Source: Scyliorhinus canicula (taxonomy: Eukaryota). Taken from it: a stretch of 64,000 nt of DNA. The number at the start of each line of letters is the position of its first letter. Position 1 is the first letter of the stretch. The notes below the pieces were generated by a model that saw only the letters and a list, made by a program, of their open reading frames with translations, was not told where the DNA came from and searched no databases. The DNA lies in contig NC_052158.1 in NCBI RefSeq assembly GCF_902713615.1, forward strand, positions 45,099,159 through 45,163,158, in the 5' to 3' direction. Shown piece by piece: positions 12,670-22,962 of the stretch. A program made the position numbers and the translations under genes.

Positions 12670-12939
12670 CTGGCCACTCCCTGAGTCAAAGTGTCACTCC
12701 TCGAGTCACAGTGTCACTCCCCGAGTCACAGTGTTACCCAAGTATTACTCCGAGTCAATGTTTCTCACTAAATCAGTGTTACTCAAAGCGTGTTGCTTCC
12801 CAAGTCACAGCGTTGCCTGAGTGTTACGCGCCAAGTCAGCACTTCTCAGCAAGTCCGTGTAACTCCATGAGTGCTGCTCCCCGAGTCACCGTGTTACTCC
12901 CTGGTGCATCGTGACTCCACATGTCGCTGAGTTACTCCT
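12670..12939 (+). repeat. Degenerate ~20-bp tandem repeat (cccgagtcacagtgttact), continuing at 14766-14815
   Basis: Repeated gagtca(c) cores; a single related unit at rc 23930-23965 in the paralogous module. Confidence 0.7.
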
Positions 12940-14765
12940 TTTTTTTGAATAATATTTTATTAAGGTATTTGAAAATTTTTCTAACAGTAACATAAATGAT
13001 GACATCAACTTGGTAAAATAAACATTTCACCCCCCCCCCCCCCCCCCCAGCCCAATCTTCACACACCTCAACCATACAACAACAATCACCCCCCCATCCC
13101 ACCACCACCACACAACAACAATCCCGCCTCCCCCCATGAATACTGCATCTGTTGACATTTTAATTTTCCCCGAGAAAGTCGACGAACGGCTGCCATCTCT
13201 GGGAGAACCCTAACATTGACCCTCTTATGGTGAACTTTATTTGCTCGAGACTGAGACACTCAACCATGTCACTAACCCAGGTCTCTACACTCGGGGGCTT
13301 CGAGTCCCCCCACATTAACAAGATCCGTCTCCGGGCTACCAGGGAGGCAAAGGCCAAGACGGCGGCCACTTTCGCCCCCTGAACTCCCGGATCTTCCGAC
13401 ACTCCAAAGATCGCGACCTCTGGACTCGGCGCCACCCAGGTTTTTAGCACCGTGGACACTGCCTTAGCAAAATCCTGCCAAAACCCTCCAAGCTTCGGGC
13501 ATGCCCAAAACATGTGGCCATGATTTGCTGTGCTTCCCGCGCACCTCAACACCTATCCTCAACCCCGAAGAACTTACTCATCCAGCCACTGTCACGTGTG
13601 CCCAGTGGACAACCTTAAATTATACCAGGCTAAGCCTGGCGCATGATGAGGAGGTATTAACCCTGCTTAGGGCATCCGCCCATAGAGCCGCCTCTATCTC
13701 TCCTCCTAGCCCCTCATCCCACTTGTCCTTAAGCTCCTCCACCAGAGATTCCTCCGCCTCCGAAAGCTCCTGGTAAATATCCGATACCTTCCCCTCTCCC
13801 ACCAAGGTACTGGAAACCAGTCTGTCCTGTACCCCAGTGGCGGCAGCAGCGGAAGGGCCGGCACCTGTTTTCTCAAGAAGTCTTGCACCTACAAATACCC
13901 AAAACCATTCCCTGCTGGCAGTTTAAGTTTATCCTCCAATGCTTTCAAGAGGGATGCTCCCACCCTTCCAATTCCTGCCCTCTGCCAACTCCGGAACCCG
14001 CCATCTAGCCTGTGGTTATTATAAACCGGGGTCCACATCGATGCTCCCTCCACTCTCTTATACCTCCTCCATTGCCCCCAGATCTTCAGAGCCACCACTA
14101 CCACAGGACTTGTATCGGCCGGCGAGAATGGCAGAGGTGCTCCCACTGAACGCCCCAGCCCCCATCAACTTCTCCAACACCTCACTTCCGATCCCTCACT
14201 GCCTTCAGGGAGACCAACAATTCTCAGATTCTGCCTCCTGGACCTATTCTCCAGGTCCTCCAGCTTCTCCTGCATTCTTTTCTGGCGGTCGTTCATCATC
14301 CCCACTTTGCTTTCCAGCACGGTTATGTACTCCTCGTGCTCGGACAACTTTTGTTCCACCTCCTGGATCGCAGTCCCGTAGGTTTCCTGATTCTGAACCA
14401 CTTGATCATCCGAAGCCTTAATCGGGTCCAGCTTGTCCTTCTTCAGCTTGGCGAAGCAGTCCTCGATAAACCTCACCAGCTGATCCGTCGACCACTGTGT
14501 CGGCTCCCCACGGCCCTGCTGCCCTGCCATGCTATCCCGTGTTACCAGCTCTGCTTGCGTCTCCCTTATAGAACTTTGGTCTTCTCACATGGCCACTTCT
14601 GGTCCAATTCTCCATACACCGGAGGGGGATTTCTCCTTACTGTCTCACTCTACACTGATTTATACCAAAAAATCCGGGGAAAAAAACGAGGGGAAAAGGT
14701 CCAAACGCGTTACAGGAAGGAGCTATCAGATGTGCGACCTACTCTTCCGTGGCCGACACCGGAAG
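12940..14765 (-). mobile_element. Internally deleted L1-clade LINE retaining both ends
   Basis: 5' (ga)cttccggtgtcggcc; ORF1 N-terminus (LEDLENRSRRQNLRIVGLPEG) joined at ~14150 to ORF2 C-terminus (C.RC..HMFWACP); AATAAA plus polyA; ~17-bp TSD gtcgc(t/c)gagt(t/c)actcct at 12923 and 14766. Confidence 0.88.
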
Positions 14766-14789
14766 TCGCCGAGTCACTCCTTGAGTAAC

Positions 14790-15485
14790 AGTCGCTCCCC
14801 AAGAACTGAGTCATTCGGCCCCTCAATCTCTTCTCCTTCCACCCTCTTTCCTGTGCATCTGCTGATCCCACCTTGAATGCTCTGGTTTATCTTCTGAATC
14901 TGCTGTCAAATACATCCGAGGCCACACATCCCACACTGATATTGTCAGTTTGAAAGCTTATGAGGGTAAAGAATGCTGTTCCCACACTAGTAATCTTCAT
15001 CAATAAGGAGGCACGGTGGTGCAGTGGTTAGCACTGCTCCCTCACGGCACCGAGGACCCACGTTCGATCCAGGTCACTGTGAGTGTGGTTTGCACATTCT
15101 CCCTGTATTTGCATGGGTCTCACCCCCACAACCCAAAAGATATGAAGGGTAGGTGGATTGGCCACGCTAAATTGCCCCTTAATTGGAAAAAAAAAAAGAA
15201 TTGGGTAATCTAAAATGTTTAAAAAGAAATCTTTGTCAAACCTTTACCAGAGAAGAAGTTTTTTAGAGATGGCATCCTGTAATATCCACACTCGTTCAGG
15301 AATGAATATTCAGTGAGTGATTGATTCCGATTCCGATGAAGTTCATCCCATAATATCCACACTAATGTTCAGGCAGTCTGACTATCCTGTGGGCAATCAG
15401 GTGTGGAAATGCCCCTTATGCTGTGTGAGAAGATCCAGCTCAGAGACCTGTTTACTCGGTGCTTTGTGCTGAGCTGTTTGATTGG
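14790..15485 (+). other. Upstream half of a third ZNF 5' module (paralog of rc 23230-23910), lacking the ATG|GT exon
   Basis: cacatcccacactgat..., aatatccacactaatgttcaggcagtctgactatcc...gctgagctgtttgattgg match 25635-25725 and 26035-26167. Confidence 0.75.
15007..15227 (+). mobile_element. V-SINE/HE1-like SINE, short A-tailed form
   Basis: ggcacggtggtgcagtggttagcac...aattggaaaaaa...ttgggtaatctaaaatgtttaaaaa. Confidence 0.85.
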
Positions 15486-15505
15486 AGGAAACCCAACCCG
15501 GGATA

Positions 15506-16834
15506 AGATGCCTGGGGACCATATCCTCTACAAAAGGGTAACCTGTATCCAAACAATCCACGGAGTTCAGACCCAATCCTCCTGGATCTGATCTGCACAA
15601 ATTGGGTTTCAGACACCTCTTACCCAAAACCACACAAATGGAGGCAGCTGCTGATTTTGCCTCCGCAAATCCTGACCTGGCCAATTCCTGGAAGGTGGGA
15701 CATTTGTTCCAGGGTGGTGGAGTACCCTGGGAGTCGGGCTGGATGACCCTGGAATGAGTGTGGAGGATGCTGGGTGAGGGAATGAGCTGGTTGGAAGGCC
15801 CATCTGGGAGAACTGGTACCCCTCACATACACCCCACATCCAAACCATGTGACCAATGTCCCAGCAACCCCCCCCCCCCCACCACACACACAGCATAGCC
15901 CCTCTGTATGTCGCTCTGACAATGACCCCTCCATACTTTACGTGCCAACTTATGTATCCAACCACTCCCATGGTTCCTTATACCCTCCATGGCCAACCTC
16001 TGTCACCCATCCAGTCCACATGGCCCTTTATAGCCTCTGTGCCAATTTTGTGCTAATTCAAACCAGCCCGTGCTGCCCACCCACCAACCATTGCCCATAC
16101 ACCATTCAAACCAACTCACCCAGTATCCACAATGGCCTGACCTCAGGACCCACGCTGATGTTAAATAAACTGAAATTCCAAGTGCCTGTTGCGGACTTTA
16201 TTTTTAGAAACCATTCATTTATTAAAAGAACCCAATGAATACATTTACATTCCTTATAACCAACGTATCATTCAATTGCGTCATCCTGTCTAAAAAAACA
16301 AATATTGAAATTCATAGTCCCATTCGTGTACATAACCACTTGGAGCTGTCCATCAATGATATGGCAGGCACCCAACTGTATCATTCAACACTACCCTTTC
16401 AATCCCTGAGGCTTATCTCAACATACAGAGTGAAAAACAATCATTTTGAGCACTCTGGTTTTTTCAGACTAAAACGTAGGAGTTTTAAATATCTGGTTAG
16501 CTTAACAGCTCCATTTGACAGTTCACCTCGACACTTTTGACAATTGTTTTTGACAGTTCCTTGAGCTCTCGGTTCCAATGTGTTCATTCACTTTTCAAGC
16601 ACATTCATTTCTACTTTCAGTAATGTCAAACGGGAGCTTATCTCCCACAAAGATGCCTGGGGACCATACCCTCCACAAAAGGGTAACCTGTATCCAAACA
16701 ATCCACGGAGTTCAGACCTAATCCTCCTGGATCTGATCTGCACAAATTGGGTTTCAGACATTTCTCACCCAAAACCACACAAATGGAGGCAGCTGCTGAT
16801 TTTGCCTCCGCAAATCCTGACCTGGCCAATTCCT
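15506..16834 (-). repeat. ~185-bp direct duplication (15506-15689 and 16650-16834), each copy starting at a minus-strand AG; possible 3' exons/UTR of the upstream ORF
   Basis: Near-identical copies; rc ...ccttccAG|gaattggccagg and ...gggatcAG|gaattggccagg; donor-like atct|GTGAGT near 16898; minus-strand AATAAA at ~16200-16223. Confidence 0.65.
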
Positions 16835-16945
16835 GATCCCATGAAAATAGGAGGTGCTATAATTTGGGGGAGGGGGGAGGGGGCGGAAAGGACTCACAGA
16901 TTCAGGCCTCTTCTGCCATTGTCCTCACAAGGGACAGGCTCTCTG

Positions 16946-18115
16946 TCATGGCAAAAATCCAGACAGAATATTACCCGCCAGGAGTGGGAGATAATGGCAT
17001 CGAGGAGGCAGTGTTGGAGGGATGGACCCTACTGCCTTTCCTGTCCCTGATGTGACCTCTCCTGTACCAGGGGGATGTCCAGCAGCAGATGTCTCTGCAC
17101 TGGGCTGTTGGTGGTCAGAAGGTGCAGGCTCTGTAATCTGAGGCAGACTCGGTCTCATTTTATTTAAAGTTCCATTGCTTCTTTGTCGAAGCTGGCAAAG
17201 AACCTCATTTTGCTGCTGAAGAATCTCATTCTTTCTTTGTAGATGCTGCTGAAGAATTTCATTGTTTCTTTGTCGATGGTTCTGAAAAATCTCATTGTTT
17301 CTTTGGAGATGCTCAAGAAGAATCTCATTGTTTCTTTGCAGATGATGCTGAAGAATTTCATTGTTTCTTTGCAGATTGTGGTTAACATATATCTTAAATT
17401 CAGTCAAAGATTGTTCAAGCAAGTCAGAAGTGGCCTGATAACTCTCTGTACTTTGAACCTGTTCCTGATGTAAGCTCTCAAGCGCTTTTGGATCATTTTC
17501 ATTTTCTTCACCAGCAGCATGGGCCTGATGTTGTCCGTGTGCTCGTGGAGACGACGGAGCTCCTGCTCCAAAAGCCGCAGGTTCCTCATCTGCGGAAGGT
17601 TCTGAGTGCTCTTGCTCCACCACGGCAGCCAGATCATCACAGGCTTCCTCCTTCACACAAGTCACAATATTTAACTTGAACTCATCAACACTACCCTCCA
17701 AATCAGACATCTTACCCTCCTGATACTCCTCTCCCTCCTCCACTGCAACTGCCATGCCACATTGCTGTGAGGTATTCACCTCTGTCCCTTCCTCATCAGC
17801 CCTTTCAGGAATCTCGGTCGCTGCTGCCAACTCCCCTCCATCACCATCTGATGTGTCCATGGACACCCGTGTATCTGTCAAAGGAAGAAAATCACAATTA
17901 TTATCTTTTGTCGCATAAATTAACTCTCCTCCTGATGGTTTAAACACTCCGCTGCTGACATCACCTTCACTCATTCCCATATCTGATTCACCATTGGTTA
18001 TTGTGGGGTTGGAGAGATCAAACAGCTTGCTCATGAACCCCTCCAGTTCCGTCAGCTCCTTGCTATAAGGAAACCGCCCTCCAGTCGACGAGCACTCCTG
18101 GGCATCCTGGGCCAG
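16946..18115 (-). CDS. Intact ~390-codon coding exon: Harbinger Myb/SANT-protein-like C-terminal region (acidic tract plus 11-aa-repeat coiled coil), Myb domain absent
   Basis: Open 16946-18124; begins KLAQDAQECSSTGGRFPYSKELTELE (resembles the post-Myb KLA..RE..TGGG.P...LT..E block); preceded by polypyrimidine tract and AG; contains VKEE and (LQRNNEILQHH)x5. Confidence 0.6.
   Translation of the reverse strand: MAQDAQECSSTGGRFPYSKELTELEGFMSKLFDLSNPTITNGESDMGMSEGDVSSGVFKPSGGELIYATKDNNCDFLPLTDTRVSMDTSDGDGGELAAATEIPERADEEGTEVNTSQQCGMAVAVEEGEEYQEGKMSDLEGSVDEFKLNIVTCVKEEACDDLAAVVEQEHSEPSADEEPAAFGAGAPSSPRAHGQHQAHAAGEENENDPKALESLHQEQVQSTESYQATSDLLEQSLTEFKIYVNHNLQRNNEILQHHLQRNNEILLEHLQRNNEIFQNHRQRNNEILQQHLQRKNEILQQQNEVLCQLRQRSNGTLNKMRPSLPQITEPAPSDHQQPSAETSAAGHPPGTGEVTSGTGKAVGSIPPTLPPRCHYLPLLAGNILSGFLP
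17222..17380 (-). repeat. 33-bp in-frame coding tandem repeat, about 5 units
   Basis: gaat(c/t)tcattgtttctttgcagatgctgctgaa units encoding LQRNNEILxxH. Confidence 0.9.
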
Positions 18116-18799
18116 CTTTACCAAAAGAAAGAAATTAAAATTAAAAATGAATCATGGTCCAGTCTTGTGACACATTTTCCGACAGTTTTCAGCCTGCACT
18201 CAGGGGGACCTCTGAGTAGAGGTCAATCTTATGACAAAGTCCGGGGTATGGACAAAACAACTGTAGTTTACAAACCCTCAAAATTAGGAAAATAAATCTT
18301 GTGATCTTTTGAACTCAAAAATTATGATTAAAGTTTCAAAAACTAACAGAAATTAAAATTCAGATATTTCCCTCTTCTCCATCATAGGGAAATTTGTGCA
18401 TAAACAACAGTGATTCATGTCTTTTAGTGATGTTTGGCGATCTGGTCAACGGTTAAATTGATCTCTTGAAATGATTGGACTGATAGTGGGACAGGTTGGA
18501 GATAGACATTGCTGAGACAGACAGCGTTTTGGAAGGACAGCTCCCCTGTGTGAGCACTGGAGGGTAAACAGCACAGACAACTTTCAGTGTAAGGGAAGCA
18601 AGTGAGGCACAGTGTGAATGTGCTGGTATCTAGAGGTCGGATGACTGTGAGAATGATTTGTTGCACACCTCGTTTTTGACTGGTTTCTCCCCAGTGTGTG
18701 CAGAGGGCTGATTAGTCTGAGAATGATTTGTTACATACCATACATGAGAATGGTTTGTCCCCTGTGTGAATGTGTTGCTGTGCGCAGAGGGAAAGTGAC

Positions 18800-19408
18800 T
18801 CAGGGAAACATACTGTACATGTGAATATTACAGTGTATACAAGAAGCCAGTGATTCCAAAAATAATTTGTCACATACCTGGCATGGGAAGAGTTGCTCCC
18901 CTGTGTCAACACGTTGATGTCCGTTGAGGTGCGATAACTGCGAGAATGAGTTGTCAAACACCTCGTATGTGAATCGTTTCACCCTTGTGTGAATACGTTG
19001 GTGTCTACGGAGGGTAGATGAATCCGAGAATGATTCGTTACACACCTCACACGTGTAGGGTTTCTCCCCTGTGTGAACCCTTTGATGTGATTGAAGGTTG
19101 GCTTTTCGGTTGAAAGTCTTCTCACAAACATCACACCTGAAGGGTTTCTCCCCTGCATGAAGACGTTTGTGTTCAATGAGGCTTGATGATTGTGTGAATG
19201 ATTTGTCACACAGCTCACATGTGAAGGGTTTCTCACCTGTGTGAATCCTGTGATGTGACTGAAGATGGGAGGATTGGCTGAAAGCTTTCTCACAAACATC
19301 ACACCTGAATGATTTCTCCCCCGTGTGAATCACCTGGTGCCTCAGCAGCATCGTAGAATTCACAAAACGTTTTTCACAAACATCACACTTGAATCGTTTA
19401 TTTTCCAT
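18800..19408 (-). CDS. C2H2 zinc-finger protein (ZNF-minus): 5 intact fingers, then degenerate/frameshifted fingers extending to ~18610
   Basis: MENKRFKCDVC...H.3H with TGEKP-type linkers; finger 6 lost its Cys/His residues; frameshift in finger 7; exon acceptor cctgttttacAG at 19850-19849. Confidence 0.85.
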   Translation of the reverse strand: MENKRFKCDVCEKRFVNSTMLLRHQVIHTGEKSFRCDVCEKAFSQSSHLQSHHRIHTGEKPFTCELCDKSFTQSSSLIEHKRLHAGEKPFRCDVCEKTFNRKANLQSHQRVHTGEKPYTCEVCNESFSDSSTLRRHQRIHTRVKRFTYEVFDNSFSQLSHLNGHQRVDTGEQLFPCQVCDKLFLESLASCIHCNIHMYSMFP

Positions 19409-20143
19409 GTGGCTGCACTTACGGTAACAGTAGTTGTAACAAGTGCACCTTAGAAGACCTTAAGAACCTGTGAAGCCTCCCTCACACTTGAACAGCCACC
19501 CACTGTAGGAATGAGTCAGTGGTTCATGAGGCTTGACGAATGATTGAAGCTCTCACCACACTTGGAGCCCACTCACCACATCTTCCCAGCCTCACCCTGA
19601 CCGATCACCCACAGCTGAACCTTCGGAAAGGTTGGTTCTGATGGAAGGTTCCACACCACTGGCCAGTTTCAGATCTGATGATATGTCAAAGCACCCCTGA
19701 CTCGACTGATTTCACTTCTCGGTGTTGAGCAATGCTGCAAAGAGACTGGATGTCTTCCCACAGTTGTGCAGTTGTTCCCTGGGTGATGGTCAGGATCTAT
19801 CTGTGGTGTCTATCCTTTCTGTATTCTCTGTAGTACGGTGCAAACCTTCTGTAAAACAGGAAAAGGAAACATGATTTTCTCCAACTCCCTCTCCTTTCCT
19901 GAAGGGACTGACTCTCAGTTAGAGACTGTTCCACAGTGAATATCACAGTCTGCTATTCCTCCGAGTCGGGATGAGATAAAAGTCCTTTCTTTTTCCTCAC
20001 TTGACTATCACATATTGTTCATTCCTGTTGATTCCCTTTGTTCCTATTTTTAAAAATTTTGTCTTTATCATTATTGGTTCATTGATTGTTAACTTAAGTC
20101 CAGCAGAGGAAATAAGAAACTCAAAAGTGTCAAAACAGGATGC

Positions 20144-20818
20144 TGTGGAATAACGTTTTGTAGTTTGGGCAGAAGGACCCAGACTTTATTGGCATAGAAG
20201 GGATTGGAGGGGGTTGTATCAATTGGTTGGCTGGTGGCCAATGGATTGGCCAGGGACATCTCAGCCTGGCAACAGATGGTGATTGGTTCTGTCAGGTGGG
20301 GTTTTTTGGAGAGAACCCGGGAGAAGCCACTGGACCCTTAAGGTGGGAGCAGCGCTCTCTCTCTCTCTGCTGCCGACTGTCAGAAGGCAGAAACATCTAG
20401 ACCCTGAAAGAAGCTGTCGCTCTCTCTCTAAAAACCTGGCTGCCTGCTCTTTCTGAGTGTCCAGTGAAAACTATGACAAGCTGAAAGAAAGGATAACATC
20501 CATCTGAAAGTCTAGACTGAAGCAATGAAACTAACTGGAAGACATCCATCTGAAACAAAGAATCTTATTCTTTTAATTTCATCATTATTTTACATCCCTT
20601 TTTTGCCTCTTTGTGTATGTGTGGAGGGTGGGGCGAGTTAAAGGTCGGGGGGGGGGGGTTCAGAGATGAGATTGCAGTTCATCAGTTATATTTGTGGCCT
20701 AATTATAGTTTCTGTTAATAATAAAAAGTTAATTGTGTTTAATCTGGTGACTAATTATTGGACAACAGTTATTAGGCAACCGAAGACCTCGGGTATTTTA
20801 AAATAAAAGTTAATTTCA
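20144..20818 (+). mobile_element. Probable solo LTR in the ZNF-minus intron
   Basis: TG...CA-like ends, clustered CCAAT/ATTGG boxes, (CT)n runs, AATAAA; no TSD confirmed. Confidence 0.4.
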
Positions 20819-20821
20819 ACC

Positions 20822-22065
20822 ATAGAACATAGAACGATACAGCGCAGTACAGGCCCTTCGGCCCTCGATGTTGCACCGACATGGAAAAAAACTAAAGGCC
20901 ATCTAACCTACACTATGCCCTTATCATCCATATGCTTATCCAATAAACTTTTAAATGCCCTCAATGTTGGCGAGTTCACTACTGTTGCAGGTAGGGCATT
21001 CCACGGCCTCACCACTCTTTGCGAAAAAACCCACCTCTGACCTCTGTCCTATATCTATTACCCCTCAATTTAAGGCTATGTCCCCTCGTGCTAGCCACCT
21101 CCATCCGCGGGAGAAGGCTCTCGCTGTCCACCCTATCTAACCCTCTGATCATTTTGTATGCCTCAATTAAGTCACCTCTTAACATTCTCTCTAACGAAAA
21201 CAACCTCAAGTCCATCAGCCTTTCCTCATAAGATTTTCCCTCCATACCAGGCAACATCCTGGTAAATCTCCTCTGCACCCGTTCCAAAGCTTCCACGTCC
21301 TTCCTATAGTGAGGCGACCAGAACTGTACGCAATACTCCAAATGCGGCCGTACTAGAGTTTTGTACAACTGCAACATGACCTCATGGCTCCGGAACTCAA
21401 TCCCTCTACCAATAAAGGCCAACACACCATAGGCCTTCTTCACAACCCTATCAACCTGGGTGGCAACTTTCAGGGATCTATGTACATGGACACCGAGATC
21501 CCTCTGCTCATCCACACTACCAAGAATTTTACCATTAGCCAAATATTCCGCATTCCTGTTATTCTTTCCAAAGTGAATCACCTCACACTTCTCCACATTA
21601 AACTCCATTTGCCACCTCTCAGCCCAGCTCTGCAGCTTATCTATGTCCCTCTGTAACCTGCAACATCCTTCCGCACTGTCTACAACTCCACCGACTTTAG
21701 TGTTGTCTGCAAATTTACTCACCCATCCTTCTGCGCCCTCCTCTAGGTCATTTATAAAAATGACAAACAGCAACGGCCCCAGAACAGATCCTTGTGGTAC
21801 GCCACTCGTAACTGAACTCCATTCTGAACATTTCCCATCGACTACCATTCTCTGTCTTCTTTCAACTAGCCAATTTCTGATCCACATCTCTAAATCACCC
21901 TCAATCCCCAGCCTCCGTATTTTCTGCAATAGCCGACCGTGGGGAACCTTATCAAACGCTTTACTGAAATTCATATACACCACATCAACTGCTCTACCCT
22001 CGTCTACCTGTTCAGTCACCTTCTCAAAGAACTCGATAAGGTTTGTGAGGCATGACCTACCATGT
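20822..22065 (-). mobile_element. Young 5'-truncated CR1/HER1 LINE (RT C-terminal half)
   Basis: ORF with FSKAFDKVPH, GVPQGSVLGP, FADNTK; (TTCTATG)n tail at 20822. Confidence 0.92.
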
Positions 22066-22169
22066 TGCGACTCCGGATCAAGTGGGTCTGGAATTGACTG
22101 CACACTGGCCCAGGGTGTCGTAACAAGGGACACTGGATAGTGACCAAGACTCTGCCCAGTCCCCATCTT

Positions 22170-22960
22170 CCCAGGCGTGATTCTCCGGTCTCGGTGCGCT
22201 GTCGCTCGAGTGAAACAAGGCCGTTGAATAGCAGGAGAGGCCGAATATGAGAACTGCGCCAGGTGCCAAACAGTTTCTGATGCAATTGGCCAGCTCCCGT
22301 AGGCGAAATCGGGATCTAGCTGTAGGGTGGCGAGAAATCGATTATCACCACTTAAGCCCAATTTCCATACAATTAACGAGAGCGACCTTGTATCCAATGG
22401 CCTCCCTTCATTCATCAGCCTCCCCAGCAAATGGTCACGCCGGCGCCGATTAGTACTCTTTTAAAAAACATGAACCTGGCGGAAGGGGATCTTGGGAAGC
22501 TGAGTAGACATCTTTGATTGGCACCCGGCTGCAGCCTCCCTGGGGAAGCCGGTGAGTTGAGGGAGGCCGGTGTATCTCGGACGAGTAGGTCTTAAGTTGG
22601 TTTAAGTCCTACTTCAGGGAGTGCTGTGCCCCTTTTGGGCGGAGTTCCGACTCCTGAAACCTTGGGTGAATCCCGTGAGGCATTGAGGCTGCCAGGAGGC
22701 CCGCGAGAGGGCTCGCCTGAGATTCTCTGGCCACTTTGTGCTCTCGCTCGAGCGCAATGTAGCCGGAGCATTGTGCCCTATTTCTTCAGTGCAGCTAACT
22801 GAAGGGTTTATCCTGGGAAATTCCAGGGAGCCACCCTGCACTGATCTTAACTACCCAGGGGTCTCCGATGGCCCAAGAACCCCCCCCCCCCCCCCCCCCA
22901 AAGTGCCGTTTCGCCTGGTCCACGTTTGTGGAGACCAGCATTGATCGGCACCCGGCTGCA
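22170..22960 (+). mobile_element. Rearranged fragments of GC-rich MITE-like DNA elements (possibly Harbinger-type)
   Basis: ggcgtgattctcc terminus resembling those at 43753 and 54684; ggcacccggctgcagcctc repeated at ~22521 and ~22947. Confidence 0.4.
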
Positions 22961-22962
22961 GC

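Noticed and set aside
15486-16640. Possible HARBI1-like transposase partner convergent with the Myb-like ORF
   Set aside because: No DDE transposase motifs or Harbinger TIRs recognisable in any frame.
21009-22430. 473-aa ORF as a novel RT fusion protein
   Set aside because: Chance read-through from MITE-like sequence into a 5'-truncated CR1 RT that also carries a FADN substitution and a 3' frameshift.
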